A DNA stretch of 64,000 nucleotides from Candidatus Nomurabacteria bacterium RIFOXYD2_FULL_35_12 (GCA_001786365.1 MFWK01000022.1:15087-79086); one strand, 5' to 3'; counted from the stretch's first letter, positions 10,270-20,468 are shown. Numbers and translations are program-made. The notes: generated by a model not told the origin, from the sequence alone.

Positions 10270-10950
10270 TTATATTCCAATAACGCCAAATATTTCTCCG
10301 ATGCCATAAGTTACAAGCATTGCAAGTAAGCCACCTATCACAACCCTCACGGTCGCGTTAATTTTTTTAGCTCCCCCTGCATGCGTGCTTAAGATTCCTA
10401 TTACAATGAGCACACATAATACTGTAAAAAATGTCACCGGGACACGAATTGAAGGAGGGGAAATCGTTATGGTGAAAAGTGGTATTATTCCCCCAAATAA
10501 AAAAGCAATAGCAGAAGCACAAGAAGCATGTAAAGGATTAGTCAGGTTGTTTGGGTTAATTCCCAATTCAGCATGAAAATGCGCAGCGTGTACATCATGG
10601 GCGGTGAATTCTTTCGCGACCAAAAGAGCTGTTTCTTTTGATAAACCTTCTTTTTCATAAATAGAGACAAGCTCTTTTAGTTCTTCTTCAGGGTTGTTAT
10701 TTATTTCATGACGTTCTTTTTCAATAAGCGCTTTCTCAGTATCACGTTGAGAACTTACAGACACATATTCTCCGACAGCCATAGATAAAGCTCCAGCGAT
10801 AAGGCTCGCCACACTGGCCGTCAAAATGATTTTTAAGTCATTTGTGGCGCCTGCCATTCCCACCACAACTGCGGAAATTGAAACTATGCCGTCATTACCT
10901 CCTAAAACTGCAGCTCGAAGCCAATTTAATTTTTGGTTAATATTTTCCAT
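10270..10950 (-). CDS. VIT1/CCC1-family Fe/Mn transporter
   Basis: WLRAAVLGGNDGIVS, AGALSMAVGEYVSVSSQRD. Confidence 0.9.
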   Translation of the reverse strand: MENINQKLNWLRAAVLGGNDGIVSISAVVVGMAGATNDLKIILTASVASLIAGALSMAVGEYVSVSSQRDTEKALIEKERHEINNNPEEELKELVSIYEKEGLSKETALLVAKEFTAHDVHAAHFHAELGINPNNLTNPLHASCASAIAFLFGGIIPLFTITISPPSIRVPVTFFTVLCVLIVIGILSTHAGGAKKINATVRVVIGGLLAMLVTYGIGEIFGVIGI

Positions 10951-10961
10951 ATATCTATAAA

Positions 10962-11297
10962 TCAATTCAACTTTCCACCTATAACTGCATTTTCTTTATC
11001 TGGAACCAGTAAGATTACTTTATCTTCTTTGTCCGGCACGCCGAGAGTTAAAACTTCTGATTCATAAGAGCCTATTTTCCTAACAGGAAAATTTATGACA
11101 CCTACTACGAGCTTCCCTATCAATTCTTCTTTTTGGTAAAAAATAGCAATTTGAGAAAATGAATTTTTAATCCCAACTTCAGGACCAAAGTCTATTCGAA
11201 GCTTGTATCCAGGCTTTCTGGCTTCGGGGTGGTCATTTACCTCAATTATTTTTCCAACTCTTATATCTAATTTTTCAAAATCTTCTATTGTTGCCAT
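10962..11297 (-). CDS. csaA: tRNA-binding OB-fold protein CsaA
   Basis: DFEKLDIRVGKI, IDFGPEVG, NFPVRKIG.YESEVLTLG. Confidence 0.88.
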   Translation of the reverse strand: MATIEDFEKLDIRVGKIIEVNDHPEARKPGYKLRIDFGPEVGIKNSFSQIAIFYQKEELIGKLVVGVINFPVRKIGSYESEVLTLGVPDKEDKVILLVPDKENAVIGGKLN

Positions 11298-11308
11298 TTT
11301 ACAAAAAA

Positions 11309-11827
11309 TTATTTTATTAAATTTGCTAAAGCTATGACACTATTTATTGGTTCAGAAGTATCTTTTTTTACAGCTAAAGCGCCAATATCAGTAAATTTTT
11401 TATTGTAAAAAGCACTACTTGAAAAACCAACTATTTTTCCGCTAAAGCCTTCATAAAGTAATAATCTTGCTAAATCGTCACCCTTGATGCCGTTTTCTAA
11501 TGTGTAATCAATTAGAACAATATCTGGTTTGACTTCTAAAATTTTTTTTACAAAAGTAGCCAAGCTTTGATCTTTATGTAAGATAAAAGACATATTTCCA
11601 TTTGTAGCAATCATGAAATGAGGAATAAAAGCTTCACCAATATTTGCGGAGTCATCTACCATAGCAATATTCATATTCTCTAATGGTTTATATTCGGGCA
11701 AGGCTTCATAGGCGCGCCTGTATGTAGCACTACTTCCTAAAGATTTTAAAGCTGCATTAATTTTTGCTAAAATTTTTAATCTATGAGCTTCTTCTGGGTT
11801 TATTGGTGTTGTTGGTTTTTCTTCCAT
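11309..11827 (-). CDS. Receiver (REC)-domain protein
   Basis: IAMVDD, PDIVLIDY (phospho-Asp), GDDLAR, FSS, K. Confidence 0.6.
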   Translation of the reverse strand: MEEKPTTPINPEEAHRLKILAKINAALKSLGSSATYRRAYEALPEYKPLENMNIAMVDDSANIGEAFIPHFMIATNGNMSFILHKDQSLATFVKKILEVKPDIVLIDYTLENGIKGDDLARLLLYEGFSGKIVGFSSSAFYNKKFTDIGALAVKKDTSEPINSVIALANLIK

Positions 11828-11871
11828 ATTTTTATTATATCAGATACTAAATGTAAAGATATTATTAAGAA

Positions 11872-12081
11872 TTAAGATTTGTCGTTTAAGTATTTACTGG
11901 CAACACTCAATACAAATGAAGGCAATATGATAAATACAGTAGTAAATAAAAGCTTAATTAATATTTCACTTATGTTTGAATCTGGGGTATTTGGCCCAGA
12001 AGCAGTCAAGACAACCAAAATGCCGATAATTCCAAAAACAATAGATGAATAAATAAAAACTCGTGTTACTATTTTTTGCAT
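11872..12081 (-). CDS. Small two-TM membrane protein
   Basis: Two hydrophobic helices; coupled to the upstream ORF. Confidence 0.6.
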   Translation of the reverse strand: MQKIVTRVFIYSSIVFGIIGILVVLTASGPNTPDSNISEILIKLLFTTVFIILPSFVLSVASKYLNDKS

Positions 12082-12299
12082 AATTTTATTATAGCAGATT
12101 TAGCTGTGTCTAAGATAAAGGTATCTCTTTCCTTGATAAAACGACCCGCATAATTATTTGGTTTACTTTCTGATATGAATTTAAGTGCCTTCTCAAAAGG
12201 AATCCATACAGGCTTTTTAAAACCTTGTCTAATTTCGTGCTCGGTAAAAGCAACTTTGTCAGCAATATTGTCTTGATTTATAATTTTGAGTATTTTCAT
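12069..12299 (-). pseudogene. Probable C-terminal fragment of a NUDIX-type hydrolase
   Basis: FTEHE..GFK..WIPFEKAL...NYAGRFIKERD resembles NUDIX C-termini; no Nudix box; lies just downstream of tRNA-Gln. Confidence 0.35.
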
Positions 12300-12321
12300 A
12301 ATATTCTACTTCCACGCAAGG

Positions 12322-12392
12322 CTGGGGGACTAGGATTCGGACCTAGATAGTGGGATCCAAAATCCCAAGTCCTACCGTTAGACGATCCCCCA
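12322..12392 (-). tRNA. tRNA-Gln(TTG)
   Basis: Cloverleaf TGGGGGA/TCCCCCA; anticodon arm TGGGA-TTTTGGA-TCCCA; T loop TCCGAAT. Confidence 0.93.
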
Positions 12393-12406
12393 GCTTTGCG
12401 AATAAG

Positions 12407-13108
12407 TTATTTATTATTGGCAATTTTTTCAAAAATCCCGTCTGACCATCCTGCTATTTTTCTAACTAAATTAGAACTTCTTCTAACCATTATTTTTAAT
12501 ACTCCATGATATTTTTCTCCGGTATTTTTTCTATTTGTTTTCTTAATTTTATTATTTTTAAGATAAACTTTAGAGAAGTTATCGACCGAAAAACCAGTAG
12601 TTTTAGACCAGAATTGCCTTACTTCATCTATCCTTTCCTTATGACTCGCATGAATCATTATTTCAAATAATATCATATTATTTGGTATTTTGCATATTTC
12701 ATCAAGCCATTTTAGGAATAAAATTATCATTTTAGGATCCATATTAGAAAAAGCAGTTGGAGACCCAGGGCGATATTGTTTTTCTTTGGTACCTTCAGCC
12801 CAATAAAGAACAACCCCTATAAGAAAAAATTCTTTTATAGATAAATTTTTTATCTCAGATTTTGCTTCAAAAAATATCTTTTCTTGCTTTTCAATTCTTT
12901 GTTTCTTTTTTGCTTGTCCACCACGAAGCGATGCAAGTCTTTTAGCCTTAGTAAATATTTGTTTTTGAGCTTTAGCCATACCGACACTTCGTAACCAAAT
13001 TGAGAGAGTTGATTTAGCTACGGGAATAGCTCTCAAAATGTCTGAATAGGTTTTACCTTCTTTGCGTAAAGCAATAGCTTTTTCTTTTTCTTTCACCTTT
13101 TTTATCAT
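12407..13108 (-). CDS. N-terminal HTH plus LAGLIDADG-like (LYWAEG) protein
   Basis: LRKEGKTYSDI...VAKSTLSIWL HTH; GVVLYWAEGTK helix; FSNMDPKMI. Confidence 0.6.
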   Translation of the reverse strand: MIKKVKEKEKAIALRKEGKTYSDILRAIPVAKSTLSIWLRSVGMAKAQKQIFTKAKRLASLRGGQAKKKQRIEKQEKIFFEAKSEIKNLSIKEFFLIGVVLYWAEGTKEKQYRPGSPTAFSNMDPKMIILFLKWLDEICKIPNNMILFEIMIHASHKERIDEVRQFWSKTTGFSVDNFSKVYLKNNKIKKTNRKNTGEKYHGVLKIMVRRSSNLVRKIAGWSDGIFEKIANNK

Positions 13109-13153
13109 AGGTAGGATATTAGTATTATAGCACTCTACCTATGTAGTAATCAA

Positions 13154-14239
13154 CTATTTATTTGAAATATCTACTTCTTTGGCTATTATCTTCACCAAAG
13201 CAAGCTCTAAAGGCAATTCGGCAATAAAAGTATTTTCTATATTTTGATAAGCTTCCAATAAGGTAGAAAGAGATAATGAATGAAACATTCCTGCTTTACC
13301 GGGTAAATCTTTTTTAATAAGAATTTTTAGGAAATCAATATCGGTCTTAGATAAATCCCCTACCATCTTATCTTCTAATCCTGGGGCTGATTTTAAAATT
13401 ATGGCCATACGGAATTTATTAATAATTAATTTTAAATACAATTTCATATCTAAATTAAGAGTTGAAGCTGAACGCACGGTGCTAATTCCCTTTTCTAAAT
13501 TCCTTTCGGCGATTGCGGAAATAAAATCATTCACAAGAGTCGTTTTCGGTGCGCCAGTGATAGATTCCACACCTTCGCGGGTAACCTTTGAAACTTTCTT
13601 TCCTTTTTTGTCTTTACCAATGAAATTTAGAACCTTTTGAAGTTCACCGAGTCCATCACGAAACGAACCATCAGCTAGGATAGCTAGAAGTTCAGCCGAG
13701 TCTCCATCTAATTCAAAGCCTTCACCTTTTGCCACATCTATCAGCATCTTCTTGCAAACAAGGTCTGAAGCTTTTTTAAATGTGAAAACCTGACAGCGAG
13801 AAATGATAGTTTCTGGCACTTTATGAAGCTCTGTCGTCGCTAAAATAAAAATAACATGCTTTGGCGGTTCTTCTAAGGTTTTCAATAATGCGCCCCAAGC
13901 GTCTTTGGAAAGCATGTGCACCTCGTCTATTATGTAAACTTTATATTTTGAATCAAAAGGAAGCACTCGCGCGCCATCACGCAGAAGTTTTATGTCCTCG
14001 ATGCCCCTGTTTGATGCAGCATCTATCTCATACATATCATTTACTGATACGCCTATGCGGGTGGCAAAAATTCTAGCCACAGAAGTCTTGCCTGTGCCTC
14101 TAGAGCCGACAAAAAGGTAAGCATGCGAAACTTTATTCGTCTCCACCGAACTTTCTAAGACTTTTACAATATGATCCTGACCTAAGACTTCCTTGAAGCT
14201 CTTTGGTCTGTATTTTCTATATAATGCCAAATCGTGCAT
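13154..14239 (-). CDS. dnaX: DNA polymerase III subunit gamma/tau
   Basis: LYRKYRP, GSRGTGKT, IIDEVHML, LKTLEEPP, SRC. Confidence 0.96.
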   Translation of the reverse strand: MHDLALYRKYRPKSFKEVLGQDHIVKVLESSVETNKVSHAYLFVGSRGTGKTSVARIFATRIGVSVNDMYEIDAASNRGIEDIKLLRDGARVLPFDSKYKVYIIDEVHMLSKDAWGALLKTLEEPPKHVIFILATTELHKVPETIISRCQVFTFKKASDLVCKKMLIDVAKGEGFELDGDSAELLAILADGSFRDGLGELQKVLNFIGKDKKGKKVSKVTREGVESITGAPKTTLVNDFISAIAERNLEKGISTVRSASTLNLDMKLYLKLIINKFRMAIILKSAPGLEDKMVGDLSKTDIDFLKILIKKDLPGKAGMFHSLSLSTLLEAYQNIENTFIAELPLELALVKIIAKEVDISNK

Positions 14240-14270
14240 ATGAGGATTATACTCTAAAAAAGAAAAAATC

Positions 14271-14299
14271 TAAAGAATTTTAAGCGTCGTGGGTTCCCT
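14271..14299. repeat. Truncated copy of the family J element
   Basis: taaagaatttta...gtgggttccct matches the arm and core start of the copies at 17250 and 59914. Confidence 0.55.
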
Positions 14300-14301
14300 A
14301 A

Positions 14302-14811
14302 CTAATCGTCTTCGTAATCTCTATTTTTAGGTAAAGTAGGGTTTGGATTTGCTACAGGTGGAGTAGTTGGATTACTAGAACTAGTTGCTACTGTCTGATT
14401 TAAATCTCCTATATAATAAGCAGAGAGCAGAGCATGGGCAGAAGAAGAATGCGCCCCAGTGCCACCTCTATTTGCATAAATTGTCGTCGCATCGGTGCCA
14501 CAAGTCGGCAAAATAGCGCTGACACCTCCAGGGTGTTGGTTGAAATAAGAAGTAACATCATAGATTTTACCGGAAACAAGGAGCCAGCAACTCTGTCTTG
14601 AATTATGTTTTGTAAGTTAAGTTTTATTTAAGAGTAAACTAGAATTTCCAGATTTTGTGCCAGAAGTATTATTAAGATTATTATTTCCAAGAACATTTTC
14701 TCCATTTGTTATTGTTCCAGTATTTTGATTATATAAAATGAGCCCAGCCACGATAATGGCCACAGTCACTGCCCAGAAAATAAATAAAGACATCGTTACG
14801 TATTTTTTCAT
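14302..14811 (-). pseudogene. Membrane-anchored cytochrome b5-like heme protein with an in-frame TAA at 14617-14619
   Basis: Reading continues in frame: NKT*LTKHNSRQSCWLLVSGKIYDVT...HPGG...CGTDAT...HS..A..LL..Y.IG.L. Confidence 0.75.
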
Positions 14812-14817
14812 AAAATT

Positions 14818-16125
14818 TTAAAGACTAAATTCTTCTGAATGAATTTTATTATTAATAAAACCTAAATTTATAAACTGTTCTCTTAAACTCTTCATAAACT
14901 TTTTAGGTCCGCATAAGAATATATCTATATTTATGTCCTCATTTTTTGAAACTAAACTTACAGAAATATAACTATCTTTTTCTGAAAGATATGGGTGAAA
15001 TTTAAAATTATTATTTTGCCTAGCTATTTGTTCAAATTCTATAGCGAAAGCCAACTCAGAAGTATTCTTTACACTATAATATAGGTCTATATTATAAGAA
15101 TTAAACTCTGCTTTTTTTGTATTAATCTGCCTCGCCATACTCAAAAATGGAGTGATGCCGATACCTCCAGCTATCCATATTTGCCTTTTTGACTCCCCTT
15201 TTAAATAAGAAAAAGAACCAAAAGGTCCTTCGATTGAGCAAGTAACTCCCGGCTTTAAAAGATAAATCATCGAAGTGTAGTCTCCTAATGTTTTTATACC
15301 TAAAGATAAATGATCATCACTAGGAGAAGATGTTATAGAAAATGGGTGAGATTCAGAAAGGATACCTTTTTCTTGGAATCTCAGAAAAACAAATTGTCCT
15401 GGTAGAAATCGCATTCTTTTACTCAATGATGAAAGTTTTAATTCCGCTATGTCATCATTTACTCTTATTATTTCTTCTAATTTATATTGATACTCATCCT
15501 TTTTATAAACTTGCAAAATAGTTCTGTAAATATAAGAACAGGCACCCAGCATTGCTAAAATTATCATGTAGTATTTTAATGTCGTATTGTTAGAAATGTC
15601 GCTAGGTATCAAAAACATATGCAGGCCACTTAAAAACAAAACAATTCCTAGATATTTGTGAGTATTTTTCCAATTTTCATATTTAAATTTTAAATAAAAA
15701 GTAATTACCATCAAAACAATAAATACAAGGATAGCAATTTTACCGAGGTTTAAAGCTAGATCTTGAAAAGAGAAAACAAAGAGAAAAGAAGCTTTCAGGG
15801 AGATAAATAAATATTGAATAATAAGAAAAACTGGGTGAAAAAGTATGAGGCAAAAAGCTAATGCTCCGATAGTGTGGTGTTTAATATAAACTCTATTCAG
15901 TCCATTGAATAATTTATCTAAAAATTTAAAACGAGCAGCTAAAATAAAATTAATGGAAAGTAGTGCCATACCTAAGAGTCCAGTTATCTGCCCGAGACTA
16001 CGAAATGTCATTCCAAATGAAGTAAACCTATCAGCTAGTGGCTTCATAAAAAGCCAAATGATTATAGGAATGATAGACAAAATTATAACGAGAATAAGAC
16101 CTGAATTATTTTTGAACAATTTCAT
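14818..16125 (-). CDS. Ferric reductase-like TM plus FAD/NAD(P)-binding oxidoreductase (bacterial NOX-like)
   Basis: His-containing TM helices; HPFSITS, IAGGIGITPF, CGP, EEF. Confidence 0.88.
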   Translation of the reverse strand: MKLFKNNSGLILVIILSIIPIIIWLFMKPLADRFTSFGMTFRSLGQITGLLGMALLSINFILAARFKFLDKLFNGLNRVYIKHHTIGALAFCLILFHPVFLIIQYLFISLKASFLFVFSFQDLALNLGKIAILVFIVLMVITFYLKFKYENWKNTHKYLGIVLFLSGLHMFLIPSDISNNTTLKYYMIILAMLGACSYIYRTILQVYKKDEYQYKLEEIIRVNDDIAELKLSSLSKRMRFLPGQFVFLRFQEKGILSESHPFSITSSPSDDHLSLGIKTLGDYTSMIYLLKPGVTCSIEGPFGSFSYLKGESKRQIWIAGGIGITPFLSMARQINTKKAEFNSYNIDLYYSVKNTSELAFAIEFEQIARQNNNFKFHPYLSEKDSYISVSLVSKNEDINIDIFLCGPKKFMKSLREQFINLGFINNKIHSEEFSL

Positions 16126-16157
16126 AATTATGATTTTATTATATTAAAAACTTATTT

Positions 16158-17240
16158 TCAACTTAATTTATTATTTTTAATAAAAGTATTAATTGTCTTT
16201 TCTACTTGTTTAGAATTTTCAGTTTCCATTAATTTTATTCGAAGCTCTTTTGCACCATCAAAACCGTTCACGTAAGCTTTAAAATGTTTTTTCATCACAT
16301 CAAAACCTTTATGTTTTGGTTTAGCGAGTTCTTCATCAAAAATCTGTGTATGCTCTATTAGAACTTCAAGCTTTTCTTTAATGGAAGGAAGAACAGCATC
16401 AAAAGAGACTTGGGAGCGCGACGGCGCGAGCACGAGGAATTTTTCAGTAGAAAAATATCCGTGCTCTTCGGATGCTGTTCTTCCTGAAAAAAACCAAGGA
16501 TTTCCAAAAACTCCCCTGCCTATCATCACTCCATCACAGCCATACTCTCTAGCTTTATCTTCTGCATCTTTCAAACTCGCAACATCACCATTACCAATGA
16601 GTAAAATATCTTTACCACTCTTCTCTATGCATTTTTTAACTTTTTTAATAAGTTCCCAATTTGCCGGAACGAGTGAAAGTTCTTTTGTGGTTCTCAAATG
16701 AATCGTCAAAGCTGAAATGTCTTCTTTTAATAATTCAGGTATCCAATTATCTATATCTTCTTTATTAAAACCAACTCTCGTCTTCACTGACACAGGAGTA
16801 TTTAGGCCAGCTGATTTTATTCCCGCATGAGCCGACTGAATAATTTCTCGCGCAAGCTTCGGATTCTTTATCAAAGCCGAACCAGCTCCTTGGCTGATTA
16901 CTGATTTATCCGGACAGCCCATATTTATGTCTATGCCATCAAAACCAAGGCTCGCAATATACTGACAAGCCTTCTTCATATTTTCCAGATTAGCGCCAAA
17001 AACTTGCGCCACAATAGGCCTTTCACGTTCTTTATATTTTAAAATATGCGCTAGCTTTTTTCTGCCAAGCTTGTCCGCAAGGCCATCTGCAGCCACGAAC
17101 TCAGTCCAGAAAACAACTTTGTCTTTGTTTTCCCTATTCTTGCCATATTTTGCCAACATATAGCGAAAAGCGATATCAGTGACATCTGACATCGGCGCAA
17201 GGCAGAAGAAAGGTTTATCTAGTTTTGTCCAAAAATTCAT
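16158..17240 (-). CDS. dus: tRNA-dihydrouridine synthase with a ~33-aa element-derived insertion
   Basis: LAPM, DINMGCP, GAGSAL, SVKTR, GNGDV, GVMIGRG. Confidence 0.93.
   Translation of the reverse strand: MNFWTKLDKPFFCLAPMSDVTDIAFRYMLAKYGKNRENKDKVVFWTEFVAADGLADKLGRKKLAHILKYKERERPIVAQVFGANLENMKKACQYIASLGFDGIDINMGCPDKSVISQGAGSALIKNPKLAREIIQSAHAGIKSAGLNTPVSVKTRVGFNKEDIDNWIPELLKEDISALTIHLRTTKELSLVPANWELIKKVKKCIEKSGKDILLIGNGDVASLKDAEDKAREYGCDGVMIGRGVFGNPWFFSGRTASEEHGYFSTEKFLVLAPSRSQVSFDAVLPSIKEKLEVLIEHTQIFDEELAKPKHKGFDVMKKHFKAYVNGFDGAKELRIKLMETENSKQVEKTINTFIKNNKLS
16386..16485. mobile_element. Family I palindromic element, in frame in dus
   Basis: 15-bp terminal inverted repeat aggaagaacagcatc/gatgctgttcttcct; core gag-cgc-gacg-gcgcgag. 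Confidence 0.75.
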
Positions 17241-17249
17241 TGCTTTGAA

Positions 17250-17343
17250 AAACTCGGGGGTAAAAAATTTCTTAAAACTGCGCCCTCGAGGTCATAAGGA
17301 CAGGGAACCCACACGTTTTTTAAAATTCTTTACCCCCGAGTTT
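17250..17343. mobile_element. Family J palindromic element
   Basis: Arms aaactcgggggtaaa/tttacccccgagttt; 32-bp core identical (inverted) to 59949..59980. Confidence 0.8.
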
Positions 17344-17344
17344 C

Positions 17345-18199
17345 CTATCGAGTGAACTTGTAATATACCTTATTTCCGAACCTTAAATCAATATATTGTA
17401 ATAAGGTGTATTTATTCTTTAAATTAGACAAGAGAGGTTCTGTACTGATGGCTGACTCTAAATTTTCAGCCACATTTTTGAAATCAGAATCAATTTTAAA
17501 AATTAAATATGGTTCTTTTGATATTTTATTTTTAACGGAAAGGAATATTTTTACATCACCATTATTTAAAATATACAAAGAAATAGGCTTGAATCCCATT
17601 GTTACCAACACATCTTTAAAATCAACTAGTTGCTTAAAATTTTCCTTTGAGAAATAGTTTTCATTATCTACCGGACCATAAAACTTAAAATATACTTCTC
17701 CAGAGAAATATGGCGCTTCGTCAAAAATATAACCACTTTCATCCACAAAATAACACTTTTTATCAGAAGAAATTAAATCTTCCTTTACATTTCCACACCA
17801 TGTATACAATGCTTCCCTCTCAGTCAAAGATATTTCTAAAGTTTTTATGTTTTTTACACCAACACTGATGTCTTTGATTCTTTTAAAAGAATTTTCTAGA
17901 TTAGTTTTTATTATATTCTGTGGATAAAACAAAAAATTAGTCTTTGGGAAAAACCAGAAATAATTTCCCGCAAGCTCTTTGTCTACAATCTCTTTGATTA
18001 GTTTTGTTTCAATGGCCTTATTTCCATTTATCTCTATTTTATTTATATTTAAATTAGAATCACGAGAAATAAAAACAATAGAACCTAGAATAACTGCAAT
18101 TAAGAATAAAGAAATAAAAATTTTATATAAAAAAATTCTTCTTCGACGTTTTTTTAACTCCAAAAGACCGGGAGAATTTAAAATATATCTTTTTCGCAT
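17345..18199 (-). CDS. FtsQ/DivIB-like POTRA-domain protein
   Basis: Basic N-terminus, one TM, I.I.GN POTRA region, C-terminal YIDLRFGNKVY. Confidence 0.75.
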   Translation of the reverse strand: MRKRYILNSPGLLELKKRRRRIFLYKIFISLFLIAVILGSIVFISRDSNLNINKIEINGNKAIETKLIKEIVDKELAGNYFWFFPKTNFLFYPQNIIKTNLENSFKRIKDISVGVKNIKTLEISLTEREALYTWCGNVKEDLISSDKKCYFVDESGYIFDEAPYFSGEVYFKFYGPVDNENYFSKENFKQLVDFKDVLVTMGFKPISLYILNNGDVKIFLSVKNKISKEPYLIFKIDSDFKNVAENLESAISTEPLLSNLKNKYTLLQYIDLRFGNKVYYKFTR

Positions 18200-18228
18200 T
18201 CTATTTACTTTATAACTTTAAGAACTTT

Positions 18229-19494
18229 CTACTTTATAAACTCTCTATTACCCATATACTTTCTCAAAACTTCTGGAATTTTTACAGAGCCATCAGCTTG
18301 CTGGAAATTTTCCACTATTGCCTCAATTATTCTAGGAGTAGCCACAGCTGTATTGTTTAAAGAATGAGCATATTTTAATTTTCCATCTGCATCTTTATAT
18401 CTAATATTCAAACGTCTAGTTTGAAAATCATGAAAATAAGAAGCTGAATGAGTCTCTCTGTATTTGTTTTGAGAAGGCATCCAAACTTCGATATCGTATT
18501 TCTTTACTTGTCCGAGGCCTAAGTCTCCACCACAGTTTGCAACTATATGATAAGGCAAATTTAATGCTATAAGTAAATCCTCTACATTTTTTGTAATTTC
18601 TTCGTGAAATTTTACACTCTCTTCATGATTAGCTTCACACAATACTACTTGTTCTAGTTTATAAAACTCATGCACTCTAAAAAATCCTTTAACATCTTTA
18701 CCATGACTTCCTGCTTCTCTACGAAAACAAGTAGAAAATGCGGCAAATTTTATAGGAAATTTTGTTTTATCCAAAACCTCATTTGAATAATAAGACATAG
18801 TTGCGACTTCCCCAGTACCAGCCAAATAATCACCGTCTTGAGTCTTATATAGGTCATCTTCTCCACCTGGAATGTATCCTGTACCAACCAAAGAAGCCTT
18901 TTTTACGAGCGATGGCACAATCATCGGAATAAAACCCTTACTAACTAAACTATCAAAAAAGAATTGCCATAATGCAAAAGCCAAGAGTGCCCCTTCATTT
19001 TTCAAAAAATAACCTCTAAAGCCTGCAACTTTCGTGCCACGCTCAAAATCTGCAAGATCCAAGTCACTTATTAAAGTTAATTGATTCTTTATTTCAAAAT
19101 TAAAAATAGGTTTTTCTCCGCCAACTTTTACTTCTTTATTTTCTGCATCACTGGATCCTTCTGGCACAGATATATCTGGCACATTTGGCACACTCAGCAT
19201 CATCTTCTGCCATTCTTCCATTATTGTTTTCAGTTTTTCTTCTTTTGATTTAATATCTTCCTTCACCACCCGCATTTCTTCAATGAGCTGAATTTTTAGC
19301 GCTGAATCTTGATTGCGAACTATGTCGTTTGAAACTTTGTTTACTTCTGAACGGAGCTCTTCTACTTCTTTTAATATTTTTAAGCGTTCATCATCGAGAG
19401 CTATGAGTTTAGTTATGTCTATATCCACGCGCTTTTTCTTTGCGCCCTCTTGCACTATCTCTTTATTTTCACGAATAAATTTGATGTCTAGCAT
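18229..19494 (-). CDS. serS: Serine-tRNA ligase
   Basis: MLDIKFIREN, CFRREAGSHG, KYDIEVW, HSLNNT, IPEVLRKYM. Confidence 0.98.
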   Translation of the reverse strand: MLDIKFIRENKEIVQEGAKKKRVDIDITKLIALDDERLKILKEVEELRSEVNKVSNDIVRNQDSALKIQLIEEMRVVKEDIKSKEEKLKTIMEEWQKMMLSVPNVPDISVPEGSSDAENKEVKVGGEKPIFNFEIKNQLTLISDLDLADFERGTKVAGFRGYFLKNEGALLAFALWQFFFDSLVSKGFIPMIVPSLVKKASLVGTGYIPGGEDDLYKTQDGDYLAGTGEVATMSYYSNEVLDKTKFPIKFAAFSTCFRREAGSHGKDVKGFFRVHEFYKLEQVVLCEANHEESVKFHEEITKNVEDLLIALNLPYHIVANCGGDLGLGQVKKYDIEVWMPSQNKYRETHSASYFHDFQTRRLNIRYKDADGKLKYAHSLNNTAVATPRIIEAIVENFQQADGSVKIPEVLRKYMGNREFIK

Positions 19495-19498
19495 AAAT

Positions 19499-19529
19499 TA
19501 GGTTCTAGCTTCTAGTAGCTAGGTTCTAG
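19499..19529. repeat. Degenerate 7-bp tandem repeat (TAGGTTC)
   Basis: taggttc tagcttc tagtagc taggttc tag. Confidence 0.55.
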
Positions 19530-19560
19530 TATTATACATTAATACTGTTATAATTACAAA

Positions 19561-20424
19561 ATGCAAATCAGAAAATTACCAAAAAGTAAATTTCCAAAGG
19601 CACTTTTGGAAATTCCTCAACCTCCGGAGAATCTCTGGATTATTGGAGAATTACCAACTGATAAAAATCTAATTTACTTGAGTGTCGTGGGTTCGCGCAA
19701 GTTTACCACCTATGGACGCGAAGCCTGTGAAAAAATAATTACCGGATTAAAAGGCTATCCTATAGTGATTGTTTCCGGTTTTGCTATGGGTATAGATACT
19801 ATTGCGCACAAAGCAGCAATGCGAGCCGGACTCAAAACAATGGTTTTCCCCGGTTCCGGACTTTCTGATAAAGCAATCTATCCAAAAACAAATGTACAAC
19901 TAATGCGTGAAGTTGTAGAAAATGGCGGATGCCTTCTATCAGAATTTGAACCGGATTTTATGGCAACACAATGGGGTTTCCCGATGAGAAATAGATTGAT
20001 GGCAGGAATCTCAAAAGCTGTACTCATAATAGAAGCGGAAGAAAGGTCTGGCACCCTCATTACCGCTCGACTAACTACAGAATACAACAGAGATTTATTA
20101 GTTGTGCCTGGATCAATTTTTTCTTCAAATTCAAATGGAACAAATAGATTATTAAAACAAGGAGCAACGCCTGTCGCCAATTCCGAAGACGTTTTAGAAG
20201 CGCTTGGTTTTGAATTACCAAAAGATGAAGAAAAACAAAAAAAGCTTTTTGCTGATTTATCACCGGAGGAGAAAAAAATTGTAGCCCTACTTCGTGAACC
20301 AATACCTCGAGATGATTTAATTCGAGAAATGAAGATACCAATACCTACTGCAAATGCCATGCTGACTGTGATGGAAATCAAAGGACTAATCAAGGAAGAA
20401 ATGGGTGAAGTGAGACTCATATAA
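19561..20424 (+). CDS. dprA: DNA-processing protein DprA
   Basis: VVGSR, VSGFAMGID..AH, FPMRNRLMAG, EAEERSGTLITA. Confidence 0.96.
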   Translation: MQIRKLPKSKFPKALLEIPQPPENLWIIGELPTDKNLIYLSVVGSRKFTTYGREACEKIITGLKGYPIVIVSGFAMGIDTIAHKAAMRAGLKTMVFPGSGLSDKAIYPKTNVQLMREVVENGGCLLSEFEPDFMATQWGFPMRNRLMAGISKAVLIIEAEERSGTLITARLTTEYNRDLLVVPGSIFSSNSNGTNRLLKQGATPVANSEDVLEALGFELPKDEEKQKKLFADLSPEEKKIVALLREPIPRDDLIREMKIPIPTANAMLTVMEIKGLIKEEMGEVRLI

Positions 20425-20468
20425 TTTGCATTGTAAAACTATTTCGTGTAATACTGTGTGAAATGAAT

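Noticed and set aside
12374-12382. tRNA-Gln D-arm (TCTAACGG) resembles the family A end
   Set aside because: Only 8 nt and typical of tRNA-Gln; insufficient to claim a tRNA origin
13290-13306. LPGKAG in DnaX as an element
   Set aside because: Resembles CCTGC/GCAGG-type hairpins but is too short and degenerate to support
14617-14619. Alternative genetic code or stop read-through
   Set aside because: Single case; TAA, TAG and TGA all terminate conserved genes normally
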